A stretch of 64,000 nt of DNA, from positions 119,786,001 through 119,850,000 of the forward strand of contig CM059431.1 in the NCBI GenBank assembly GCA_030390025.1, in the 5' to 3' direction. This DNA is from Squalus acanthias. Lineage: Eukaryota. The notes under the pieces were generated by a model. It saw only the letters and a list, made by a program, of their open reading frames with translations. It did no database searches and was not told where the DNA came from. Positions 51,392-62,582 of the stretch are shown here, piece after piece; position 1 is the first letter of the stretch; every line of letters begins with the position of its first letter. A program made the position numbers and the translations under genes.

Positions 51392-52648
51392 CACAATAGC
51401 AAAATGCTGCAGATGCTGGAAATCTGAAATAACAACAGAAAATGCTGGAAATACTCGGCAGGTCAGGCAGCAGCCGTGGAGAGAGAAACAGAGTTAACGT
51501 TTCAGGTCTGTGACCCTTCGTCAGAACTGGAAAAAGTTAGAGATGTAACAGGTTTTAAGCAAGTGTAGGGGCAGGGAAAAGGGGAGGGGAGGAAAGAACA
51601 AAAGAGACGGTCTGTGATAGGGTGGAAGGCAGGAGTGGTTAAATGTTGCAAATGGGGATGGCAGAATCATCAACAGCTGCTGCCTGAAAAAAATGGGGCA
51701 GAGGCTACGGTCCGAAATTGTGGAACACAATGTTGAGTCCAGAAGGCTGTAAAGTGCCTAATAGAAAGATGAGGTGCTGTTCCTCGAGCTTAAGTTGAGC
51801 TTCATTGGAACAGTGTAGGAGGCCGACGACAGAGAGGTCAGAGTGGGAGTGGAGCGGAGAATTAAAGTGACAAGCGACCGGAAGCTCGGGGTCACCCTTA
51901 TGGACTGAAAGAAGGTGTCACGCAAAGTGGTCACCCAATCTGAGTTTGGTCTCCCCAATGTAGAGGAGACCACGTTGTGAGCAGCGAATACAGTATACTA
52001 AATTGCAAGAAGTACAAGTAAATCACTGATTCACCTGGAAGGAGTGTTTGGGGCCCTGGACAGTGGGAAGGGAGGAGTTAAAAGGGCAGGTGTGCTTGCA
52101 CGGGAAGGTACCATGGGGAGGGGAGGAGCTGTTGGGGGTGATTGAGGAGTGGACCAGGGTGTTGAGGAGGGAGTGGTCCCTTCGTAATGCTGAAAGGGGA
52201 GGGGAGGGGATGATGTGTTTGGTGGTGGGATCATGCTGGAGGTGGCGGAAATGGCGCAGGATGATCCGTTGAATGTGAAGGCTGGTGGGATGAAAGGTGA
52301 GGACAAGGGGAACCTTATCGTGGTTCTGGGAGCGAGGGGAAGGGGGTGAGAGCAGAAGTGCGGGAAATGGAACGGACACAGTCGAGGGCCATGTCAACCA
52401 TGGCAGAGGGGAATTCACTTTGAGGAAAAAGGAAGACATACCGAAAGCATTAGTATAGAAGGTGGCATCTTCAGAACAGATGCGGCAGAGACGGAGAAAC
52501 TGGGAGTATGGAATAGAGTCCTTACAGGAAGCAGGGTGGGAGGAAGTGTAGTCCAGGTAGCTGTGGGAGTCAGTGGGCTTAAAGTGAATGTTTGTCAATA
52601 GCCTATCCCCAGAAGTGGAGACAGAGAAGTCGAGGAAGGGAAGGGAAG
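51392..52648 (-). mobile_element. 5'-truncated Penelope-like element (RT thumb, GIY-YIG, pLTR)
   Basis: ORF 52023-52598 (KPTDSHSYLDYTSSHP...SIPYSQFLRLCRICS). 10-bp TSD AGTCTGGAAG at 51382-51391 and 52649-52658. Confidence 0.92.
51492..51528 (-). ncRNA. Minimal hammerhead ribozyme motif in the Penelope pLTR
   Basis: Minus strand AGTT-CTGACGA-AGGGTC-ACA-GACCT-GAAAC-GTT-AACT gives a CUGANGA/GAAA core, stem II, stem I AGUU/AACU and a palindromic stem III. Confidence 0.75.
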
Positions 52649-52871
52649 AGTCTGGAAGTAATTTCTTTCAAATCAAAAACAGACAAGAAGGTGAAATCAA
52701 TCAGTATGTCCAGATAATATAGTGAGTTAACAAAAAAAGATTAAAAACAGATGCAAAAAGATGAATTTATAAAAGAAGAGAGACTCCAGCTGAACAAAAC
52801 TCACAATAGTAAATAGGGGAACAGCTTTCCTGTAGCAACAATTACCAAGACAAGGGAATAAATCACAACAC

Positions 52872-55209
52872 TGTGAAGGAATAAGCCATATAACCTATTC
52901 AGAAAAATACACTGTCTCGTTAAAGAATTCTGGCTTTATTAAAACATGACCAACTCGGTTTGGAAATTTAGAAACCTAACTATGAAATAGTTATGAAAAC
53001 ATTCTGGCTATTGAGATAAGATAGTTGTTGACACTGAATCAATAACCTTATTGAAACAGAAGTTTAAAGGCTCCCGACAGGCTGACCTTTGGGAACGAAA
53101 CAATGGTTCACCCTGGATAAGGTGTTCTAATTTACACCTCGTAAAGAAGCACAAACATCTGCCTTCGTAAAAATTACATCAAGTAAAAAACACACCTGCC
53201 GTCACACCGTTTTTTTATGGTAAACTTAGAACACCTAGAGAGGAGACATAATTCTGTAATGCTACCAGCTGAGGTGACTGTAAGAATTGCAGGGGTCGGC
53301 AGAAAAATGACTAGAGATAATTAGCATACATCAGCGGAAAACCTTAAAGGAAATACCACTGGAAAAGGGTATAAATATTGAACTCTCAAATGGGACAGTA
53401 GACTCGCTTTAATCGGGCAAAGCAATTCTCGGCTTCAGAGGCGGCTCTGTAAGTCTCCAACTCTTTGTACCTCAGGGATCAAAGGTATTTGATTTTGGTG
53501 GATATCCTGTAGAACACTAAGAACTGTAAAACTGTAGCAAAGTTAAGATTTGAGAGTAAGGTTCTCTGATAATAAGATTGTAAGTGTAGTTGGTTTGCTT
53601 TGGTGGTTTGAATCACCCCTCCTACTTAGTTCTATATGGCAGGAATTATGGTGAACAGGATTGGAACACAGACAAGCTTTTCGGACTCAACGATACAGTG
53701 TTTAATAAGGTTAACACACACACCCGCCTCCAGTATGTAAAATGCCTGGTGGCGTAAAACAAACAGTTTCAACAATACAACTTGGCCTGTCAAACAGACC
53801 CCTGTCTCAGATTAAGTCACCTAAAATCACATTGTGTTGCAATACAGAGTATAACATGGACTTGTCCCACAAACCCCGGAACATACACTATATAATACAC
53901 ACAGAACCTCCCCACTAAGCCCCTCTGGCTTGGTCTGGACACACAACACCCCCTCACACAGTACCGGTGGTCTTAAGGATGCATGGGCTTGGACAATGCT
54001 CACTCCAATTGTTCATTTTCTTGCTCGCTGCTTCCCTGTGTAGAGCGTGTCTCCTGGTTCCGTATCACCAATGCAGTATCCAAGTCCCAGTTTTGAGGTT
54101 TGTTCCTACAGTCAAAGAGCAAGGCAAGGTTCTTGTCGCTCGTGGTGGTTTAGACCAAGCGAGAGAGAGAGAGAGAGAGAGAGAGAAAATGGCCAAAGCT
54201 GCCTTCTCTGTATACCCTAAAAGTTCCTTCTGGTCTGTGTATTGCAGTGATGTCTTTTAAATCACCCTTCTTTGTCTGGTTCCCGCCTTTTCAAGTCTGG
54301 GCCTTCCCCCAACTCTTGTATTCCAATCCACACCCAGTAATCCAACCCACAGGACATGTACAGGGCTGGGGGATGGAAGACAATTCCTTATCTTGTCTCC
54401 CCCTCCCTGTGGTACATATTTGATTTGATTTAGTCTTACTGCTGATGTGTTTTGCCCAAGGTTAAAGTGTTTTTCTTTGAGGCCAGGAAGTCTATTGTTC
54501 CAGCGAAACTGGCATTGTGGTCTTATCCAATTAAAGATCCATTGAAACCCATTAAAACATGAAGTCTCATTGTCCAAAGTTAAATCACCTTTTCACAGTT
54601 AAATCACCTATCGAGACACTCATTGTCCAAAGCAAATGTCTTTTCCATTATTAAATTGAAACTCACAGGTGTGTCTGTGCTTCTAGGTCCAACTGCACGA
54701 TGCCCCTCTCACTGGGCCAAACAGACTGCTGGTCGAACAGCAGTAACAATCATACAAATCCTTGGGGCCTGCTCCGATGCTTACATAAGCTTTCTCTTTT
54801 TGGAACTGTTAATGTTGCGATTGACTCACCAACTGTAAATTACATGTTGGTTCTTTAATAAATCTATATATTTTTAGAATTGTCTCACATAAGACTTCTG
54901 TATCAAACTCGCAAACTCAATCTCTGTACGCTCTTTGGTGAGGAGTTGCAGAATTCTGGGGGAGTTTTCTGGACCCTCATAATATCCGGAACGTTACAGT
55001 CTAGCTAAACTTATTAAAAGTACAATCTGGAGGACGGTAGCATTTTCAGGTTGTTCCTTTCCTTTAGGGAGAGATAGTCCAGACCTTTAGACCCAATTAA
55101 GCGTCTTTAGGATTCGGCTACCTCAAACTTTAGTTGAAAGTGAACATCTGAGGAATATGCTTGATCCGGGGTAGCCCTAAAGGGGCTAGGACTTGTAATT
55201 ATCGCTTCA
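52872..55209 (+). repeat. 5' LTR of the foamy-like element (~1.03 kb after removing the nested solo LTR)
   Basis: Matches 62583 onward (~96% by eye). (TG)TGAAG...CTTCA ends, so the start could be 52874. TATAAA at 53370, GTAAGT at 53449. Confidence 0.85.
53585..54889 (-). mobile_element. Unrelated solo LTR inserted in the foamy-like 5' LTR
   Basis: TGT...ACA ends with exact TAAG TSD (53581-53584, 54890-54893). ATTAAA on the minus strand near 53701. Orientation is inferred. Confidence 0.7.
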
Positions 55210-55211
55210 GT

Positions 55212-55225
55212 TGGTGCCCAACGTG
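55212..55225 (+). promoter_or_regulatory. Primer binding site, tRNA-Lys(CUU)
   Basis: TGGTGCCCAACGTG versus the Lys1,2 PBS TGGCGCCCAACGTGGGGC (one CpG-type change over 14 nt), 2 nt after CTTCA. Confidence 0.8.
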
Positions 55226-55256
55226 TGTGTTAACGAGTTGATACAGAACCTATACT

Positions 55257-57704
55257 CATAGATACATAGATACATAGAAGATAGGAGCAGGAGTAGGCCA
55301 TCCGGCCCTTCGAGCCTGCTCCGCCATTTAATGAGATCATGGCTGATCCTCCAATTCAGTATCCCGTCCCCGCCTTCTCTCCGTAACCCTTAACCCCTTT
55401 TGCCTGTAGAAATATATCTAATTCCCTCTTAAATATATTTAATGAGCTGGCGTACACTGCCCTCTGTGGCAATGAGTTCCACAGGTTCACCACCCTCTGA
55501 GTGAAGAAATTCCCCCTCATTTCTGTCCTAAATGGTTTAGCCCTTATCCTTAAATTATGTCCTCTAGTTCTGTTCTCACCCGCCAAGGGAAACATTCCTT
55601 CTGCATCTAGTCTGTCTAGACCTGTCAGAATTTTATACACTTCTATGAGGTCCCCTCTCAATCTTCTAAACTCCAGTGTGTACATCCCTAAACTACATAG
55701 TCTCTCCTCATAGGTCAATCCCGCCATTCCTGGTATCAGCCTGGTGAATCGCCGCTGCACCCCCTCCATGGCAAGAACATCTTTCCTCAGATGAGGCGAC
55801 CAAAACTGTACACAGTACTCGAGGTGTGGTCTCACCAGTGCCCTGTACAGCTGCAGCAAGGTATCCCTGTTCCTGTATTCCAACCCTTTTGCTATGAAGG
55901 CCAGCATACCGTTTGCCTTCTTGACCGCCTGTTGCACCTGCATGCTCGCCTTCAGTGACTGGTGTACAAGAACACCCAGGTCTCTCTGTACTTCCCCCTC
56001 TCCCAATTTATTGCCATTTAAATAATAATTTGCCCTCCCGTTCCTGCACCCAAGGTGGATAACTTCGCACTTGTCCACATTATAGTGCATCTGCCATTTA
56101 TCCGCCCAATCACCCAGTCTGTCCAAATCGCTCTGGAGCTTCCTGGTCTCCTCCTCTGAGCCCACCCCCCCTCCTAGTTTAGTGTCATCTGCAAATTTGG
56201 AAATGCTGCATCCGACTCCCTGATCCAGGTCATTAATGTAAATTGTGAACAGCTGGGGACCCAGGACAGATCCCTGTGGTACCCCACTTGTTACTGCCTG
56301 CCATTCAGAAAATGAGCCGTTTATTCCAACTCTCTGTTTTCTATCTGACAGCCAGTTCTCTATCCACGTCAATACTTTCCCCTTTATCCCATGAGCTTCA
56401 ATTTTCCATGCTAATCTTTTATGTGGGACCTTGTCGAAGGCCTTTTGGAAGTCCAGGTACACCACATCTACTGGCTCTCCCCCATCTATTTTACCAGTTA
56501 CTCCCTCAAAAAATTCCAATAGATTAGTCAAGCACGATTTACCCTTTGTAAATCCATGTTGACTCTGTCCTATCCTGTCCCCATTTGCTAAGTGCTCCGC
56601 TATTTCATCCTTAATGATGGACTCCAGCATTTTGCCCACAACTGATGTAAGGCTTACAGGTCTGTAATTACCTGCTTTTTCCTTACCCCCCTTTTTGAAT
56701 AGTGGGGTAACGTTAGCTACCCTCCAATCCATGGGCACTGTTCCCGAGTCTAATGAATTCTGAAAAATCATACTTAGTGCATCCGCTATCTCTAGGGCCA
56801 CCTCCTTCAGTACCCTAGGATGCATGTTATCAGGCCCTGGGGATTTGTCCGCCTTCAATCCCTTTAGCTTCCTTAACACCATATCCTTAGAGATACTGAT
56901 TTGCGTCAGTTCCTCCTTTGCCAATGTCCCTATTTTTCCCGATATCCCAGGGAGGTTTTTTGTGTCTTCCTTCGTAAAGACTGACCCAAAGTATGCATTT
57001 AGTTGGTCTGCCATTTCCTTATTTCCCGTTATATATTCCCCCGTATCTGACTGCAATGGACCAACTTTGGTTTTCACCAGTCTTTTCCTCTTGATATACT
57101 TATAAAAGCTTTTGGAGTTAGTTTTTATATTTTCCGCCAGCTTGCTTTCGTAAGCTATTTTGCCCCTCTTGATTAAGCCCTTTGTCCTCCTTTGCTCTAT
57201 CTTAAACTGTTCCCAATCTTCCGCTCTGGCGCTTTTTTTGGCTATTTTATACGCCCTATCTTTGGATTTTATGCTGTCTCTAATTTCCCCTGTTATCCAC
57301 GGTTGAGTCACCTTTTTAGATTTCCTTTTATGCCAGATTGGTATAAACAATTTTTGCAATTTTGTCATTCTATATTTAAATGCTTGCCATTGTTTATCTA
57401 CCTCCAGTCCTCCCAGGAACGTTGTCCAATCAGACCTACTCAGTTCCCGTCTAATGGCATCATAATTCCCCTTGTTTAAATTCAGGACCTTAGTCTCTGA
57501 GTCAATTTCTTCGCTCTCCATTTCGAGTGAGAAATCGATCATGTTATGATGGCTCTGACCCAAGGGTCCCCGTACAACAAGATTACTAATTAGTCCCTTC
57601 TCATTGCACAGTACCCAGTCCAATATAGCCTGTTCCCGAGTTGGTTCCTCGACATATTGATCCAGATAACCATCCCTTAAACACTCAAGGAATTCCTCCT
57701 CCTC
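55257..57704 (-). mobile_element. Young 5'-truncated CR1 LINE with uninterrupted RT frame
   Basis: ORF 55356-~57704 (NYRPVSLTS, DFQKAFD, GVPQGSVLGP, FADD) and (TATGTATC)n tail. Possible CTCATA TSD at 55255-55260 and 57702-57707. Confidence 0.96.
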
Positions 57705-57984
57705 ATATTTATATCTATATCCATCTCGTAGATTGTTAAGTATAGAAGGAGTGTTTACTGACAGTGGTACTAAGACCAAGATTAAAGTCTCTAGAGACAA
57801 CAAGTCCCTGATCAGGCCTTGTAGAACTTAAATCAAAGCTCCCTCAATATACCATTGAGGTCTAGAAATTTCTTATAAAGTTCATATTAAACCCTAACCA
57901 AGGTTAGGTCCTGACAAAATGGCAAACCCTGTCGGAATTGACCAAGTCTTTTTATTAGGAAATTCAAACGATTGCTAGCATCAA

Positions 57985-58605
57985 GTCATTTACTGTGATG
58001 GATCGTCAATGATGATTAAAAAAGGGACATCTCAACAATCCTCAGCTGGGATGGGGATAGTAGTCAGGACCTTTCGAGATTCCTATTCTTTTTATCCGGA
58101 AGAATTACTGTCCATACCCTTGGCCATAAGACAGCGCAATATGCTGAAGCCGCAGCACTACGGTATGCTTTAGAAAAGGCAGACCCTATTAAACCCACAT
58201 TAATCTGTATGGATAGTGACTATTGTAAAAGAGGATATAACCAAGATCTAGTTTTCTGGGAACAAACAATCTTTACTAATCATAAGGGTAAATCCATAAA
58301 ACACAAGTCATTGTGGGAAGACATTCTCCGTTCGAGAATGGAGAAACAAAATTGTCAGGTGATTCAGTAAACGGGCAAACCACTGGGACAGTACACTCAA
58401 AAGGAAAGTCTTGCAGGCGAACAAGCGAAATGTTCGGTCTGCATGACACTCCCTCGAGAGGGGCCTGCCAATATTAGTGTAATCACTAGGGCAGAATGGG
58501 CAGCTAATTAGGATGAGGAACTGATTCAGCTATTAGACCCAATAAAAGAGAATCCACCAGGATATCCATCAAAGTACTTTTACTCGGAAACCCCTACTGG
58601 TATTA
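57985..58605 (+). pseudogene. pol: Foamy-like pol: RNase H and start of integrase
   Basis: VIYCDGSS...SAGMGIVV...LGHKTAQYAEAAALRYALEKA...LICMDSDY...GKSIKHKSLW, then ELIQLL...GYPSKYFY. Collinear with the prototype foamy virus motifs YTDGS/AGMGIV/HTAQMAE/GYPKQYTY. Confidence 0.88.
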
Positions 58606-61069
58606 ATAGAACATAGAACATAGAACAGTACAGCACAGTACAGTTCCTTCGGCCCTCGATGTTGTGCCGAGCATTGTCTGAGACCAAGATCAAGCTATCA
58701 CACTCCCTATCTATCCATGTGCTTATCCAATAACCGCTTGAAAGTTCCTAAAGTGTCCGACTCCACTATCACAGCAGGCAGTCCATTCCACACCCCAACC
58801 ACTCTCTGAGTAAAGAATCTACCTCGGACATCGCTTCTATATCTCCCCCCATGCACCTTATAGTTATGCCCCCTTGTAACAGCTGCCTCTACCCGAGGAA
58901 ATAGTCTCTGAACATCCACTCTATCTATCCCCCTCATCATCTTATAAACCTCTATTAAGTCACCTCTCATCCTCCTCCTCTCTAAAGAGAAAAGCCCCAA
59001 CTCCCTCAATCTTTCCTCATAAGACCTCCCCCCCAAACCAGACAGCATCCTGGTAAATCTCCTTTGCACTCTTTCCAATGCTTCCACGTCCTTCCTATAG
59101 TGAGGTGACCAGAACTGCACACAATATTCCAAATGTGGTCTCACCAAGGTCCTGTACAGTTGCAGCATAACCTCACGGTTCTTAAACTCAAACCCTCTGT
59201 TAATAAACGCCAACACACCATAGGCCTTCTTTACTGCTCTATCCACTTGAGTGGCAACCTTCAGAGATCTGTGGATATGAACCCCCAGATCCCTCTGCTC
59301 CTCCACGTTCCTCAGAACCCTGCCGTTGACCCTGTAATCCTTATTCAAATTTGCCCTACCAAAATGAATCACCTTGCACTTATCAGGGTTAAATTCCATC
59401 TGCCATTTTTTGGCCCAGCTCTGCATCCTATCAATGTCTCTTTGCAGCCTACAACTGCCCTCCACCTCATCCACTACTCCACCAATCTTGGTGTCATCAG
59501 CAAATTTACTGATCCACCCTTCAGTCCCCTCCTCCAAGTCATTGATAAAAATCACAAACAGCAGAGGACCCAGCACCGACCCCTGTGGCACACCGCTGGT
59601 AACTGGTCTCCAGTCCGAATATGTTCCATCCACCACCACCCTCTGCCTTCTATGAGATAGCCAGTTACTTATCCAATCGGCCAAATTTCCCTCTATCCCA
59701 CAACTCCTTACTTTCTTCATGAGACGACCATGGGGAACCTTATCAAACGCCTTGCTAAAATCCATGTATATGACATCAACTGCTCTACCTTCATCTACAC
59801 ACTTAGTTACCTCCTCAAAGAATTCAATCAAATTTGTTAGGCAAGACTTACCCTTCACGAATCCGTGTTGACTTTCCCTGATTAAGTTGCCCCTTTCCAA
59901 ATGGTCATAAATCCTATCCCTCAGGACCTTTTCCATTATCTTACCAACCACCGAAGTAAGACTAACCGGCCTATAATTACCAGGGTCATTCCTATTTCCT
60001 TTCTTGAAGAGAGGAACAACATTCGCCACTCTCCAGTCCTCTGGCACCATTCCCGTGGACAGTGAGGACCCAAAGATCAAAGCCAGAGGCTCTGCAATCT
60101 CCTCCCTTGCCTCCCAAAGAATCCTAGGATATATCCCATCTGGCCCAGGGGACTTATCGACCCTCAGGTTCTTCAAAATTGCTAAAACATCTTCCCTCAG
60201 AACATCTACCACCTCCAGCCTATCCACCTTTATCACACTCTCATCCTCAAGAACATGGCCCCTCTCCTCGGTGAACACTGACGAAAAGTATTCATTCATC
60301 ACCTCTCCTATCTCTTCTGACTCCATGCACAAGTTCCCACTACTGTCCTTGACCGGCCCTACCCTCACCCTGGTCATTCTTTTATTTCTCACATAAGAGT
60401 AAAAAGCCTTGGGGTTTTTCTTGATCCGACCCGCCAAGGACTTCTCATGCCCCCTCCTAGCTCTCCTAAGCTCTTTTTTTAGCTCCGTCCTTGCTACCTT
60501 GTACCCCTCAATTGACCCAACTGAACCTTGTTTTCTCATCCTTACACACGCTTCCTTTTTCCTCTTGACTAGACATTCAACCTCTTTTGTGAACCATGGT
60601 TCTCTCACTCGGCCATTTCCTCCCTGCCTGACAGGGACATACCTATCAAGGACACACAGTAATTGCTCCATGAAAAAGCTCCACTTTTCGTTTGTGCCTT
60701 TCCCTGATAGTTTCTGTTCCCATCTTGTACTCCCTAATTCTTGCCTAATCGCATCATAATTACCCCTCCCCCAATTATAAACCCTGCCCTGCCGTATGGC
60801 CCTATTCCTCTCCATTGCAATAGTGAAAGTTACCGAAAATGGTCACTATCTCCAAAGTGCTCTCCCACATACAAATCAATCACTTGGCCCAGTTCATTAC
60901 CCAGTACCAAATCCAACGTGGCCCCACCTCTTGTCGGCCTATCCACATATTGTGTCAGGAAACCCTCCTGCACACACTGTGCAAAAACTATCCCATCCGA
61001 ACTGTTTGACCTATAAAGGTTCCAATCAATATTTGGAAAGTTGAAGTCACCCATGACAACTACTCTGTG
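58606..61069 (-). mobile_element. Young 5'-truncated CR1 LINE (second subfamily)
   Basis: ORF 58707-60815 with full RT motifs. One frameshift to the endonuclease part (MGDFNFPNIDW, GDSDH). (TTCTATG)n tail. Confidence 0.96.
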
Positions 61070-62184
61070 ACCTCCACACCCATTGGCTCCTGTGAAAGCT
61101 GATGAGCCAATGGGAAAATTCTTTATTGACTTCATTGGACCACTTCCTCGTCTTTGGACTACAGACATGTTTTTGTTTGTGTAGGTGGATGCACTTCCTT
61201 ATTCTGGCTGGTCCCCACAAAAACTGTTTCAGAAAACGCACTCGCCAAAGCTATTACTGACATAATTACTGTAGCTGTTGCCCCCAAAATCTTACACTCC
61301 GTTAAAGGCAGAGCCTTTGTCTCCAAGGTCTTCAAAGACTACTGCGAACAAAGGGGGATTGGCTTAGAGCACAGCACGCCACGTCATCCGCAATCAGCGG
61401 GGCAGGTGGAATGTAAAAACCAGGAAGTAAAAAAGCTATTGGTCAAACTGTTGAGAATCAGGGGAAATAAGTGGACCGCCATCATTCCGGAGGTGCAGCT
61501 ATCACTTAATAATGTGCCCGCATCTGCATCAGGGACAGTGTCCCCTAAAACTCCATATTATCTGATGTATGGGGTTGAGATGCATACACCGCTTACCCAT
61601 AGTTCTTTTATTGCCTCTACACTCTGATTCCTTGACCCAACAGCGACAGTTAGATTTTAAAAAAGAAGTAACAGAGGAGATACATCAAATTGCTCAGAGG
61701 ATAAGGGAGACAAATAGGCAAAAAAAAATTGACGAACAAAGCATGGCAACCCCTAGCAGGAGAATGGGTACAGGAAAAGAAGTTTGAGCAAAAACCTGGT
61801 TTAAGACCTAAATGGAAAAAACCTGTTCAAATACATTCTGTTATTAACGAAAGAACAGTTAAAATACATATTAATCAGCTGAATGGCAAGCATATTCTTA
61901 AAACTGTCTCCATAGAAAATCTCAAAAGATGTCCTGCGGGATACCGGAATGGAGGAACAATACAAGGTGCAGTCGTACACTGTCTTTCAAGACCCAGCTT
62001 GGAGCACGACACAGGAAATGGATGCGATCGAACTACTGACGACGGTCAGTCAGGCGGTGTCGCCGACTCCTCCACACGATTCTTGGCAACGCCTCAGAAA
62101 TTGGATTCGCAAAAAGCCACAACCAAAACAAGTAAAGATCAACAAGTTACTTCAACGAAGGAGGAAAACACTGCGGATGGATAA
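61070..62184 (+). pseudogene. pol: Foamy-like integrase core and C-terminal domain
   Basis: KFFIDFIGPLP, FWLVPTK, PKILHSVKG (second catalytic D reads V), HSTPRHPQSAGQVECKN, WQPLAGEWVQEK...LRPKWKKP...TVSIENLK. Frameshifted. Confidence 0.92.
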
Positions 62185-62296
62185 GGAATCAACTGAGCTT
62201 CTGGCTTGGCCTTTACGAAAACAAGACTCTGTCCTCACGCTGGATCAATGGAACAGCGTGTCAAGCTTCAGCCAGTTCCAAATGACGTCTTCTTGA
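61949..62296 (+). CDS. Short ORF overlapping the pol end (env-leader remnant or accessory protein?)
   Basis: 115-aa ATG-initiated ORF at the position where foamy env begins. Has a basic stretch and no TM segment. Confidence 0.35.
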   Translation: MEEQYKVQSYTVFQDPAWSTTQEMDAIELLTTVSQAVSPTPPHDSWQRLRNWIRKKPQPKQVKINKLLQRRRKTLRMDKESTELLAWPLRKQDSVLTLDQWNSVSSFSQFQMTSS

Positions 62297-62571
62297 ATTG
62301 TATGAATAACTCACCTCTACGGAACGTACATCTGCCAATTGGACATTCTAATTACATGTTGTTTCACTGATTGCATGAAAATGTACCTATCATTCGTTTA
62401 ATTTGTGTTCAATTTAAAATAAGGCAAAATATTGTCCTAGGATGACTTAAAGAAAGTTTCATGTCACACATGATTGGGCTCTTGTAAATCTCGTGAAATT
62501 AATGTACTAATGTAAACTTATTTGGAACATTGACCAAACACTGTCTTGATGCTCGAGTTCATTTTTTGGTC

Positions 62572-62582
62572 AAGAAGGGGGG
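62572..62582 (+). promoter_or_regulatory. Polypurine tract
   Basis: AAGAAGGGGGG directly before the 3' LTR. Confidence 0.85.

Noticed and set aside
57705..57803. N-terminal ~33 aa of the 815-aa minus-strand ORF
   Set aside because: It lies beyond the CR1 5' truncation point and is chance read-in from the antisense foamy leader.
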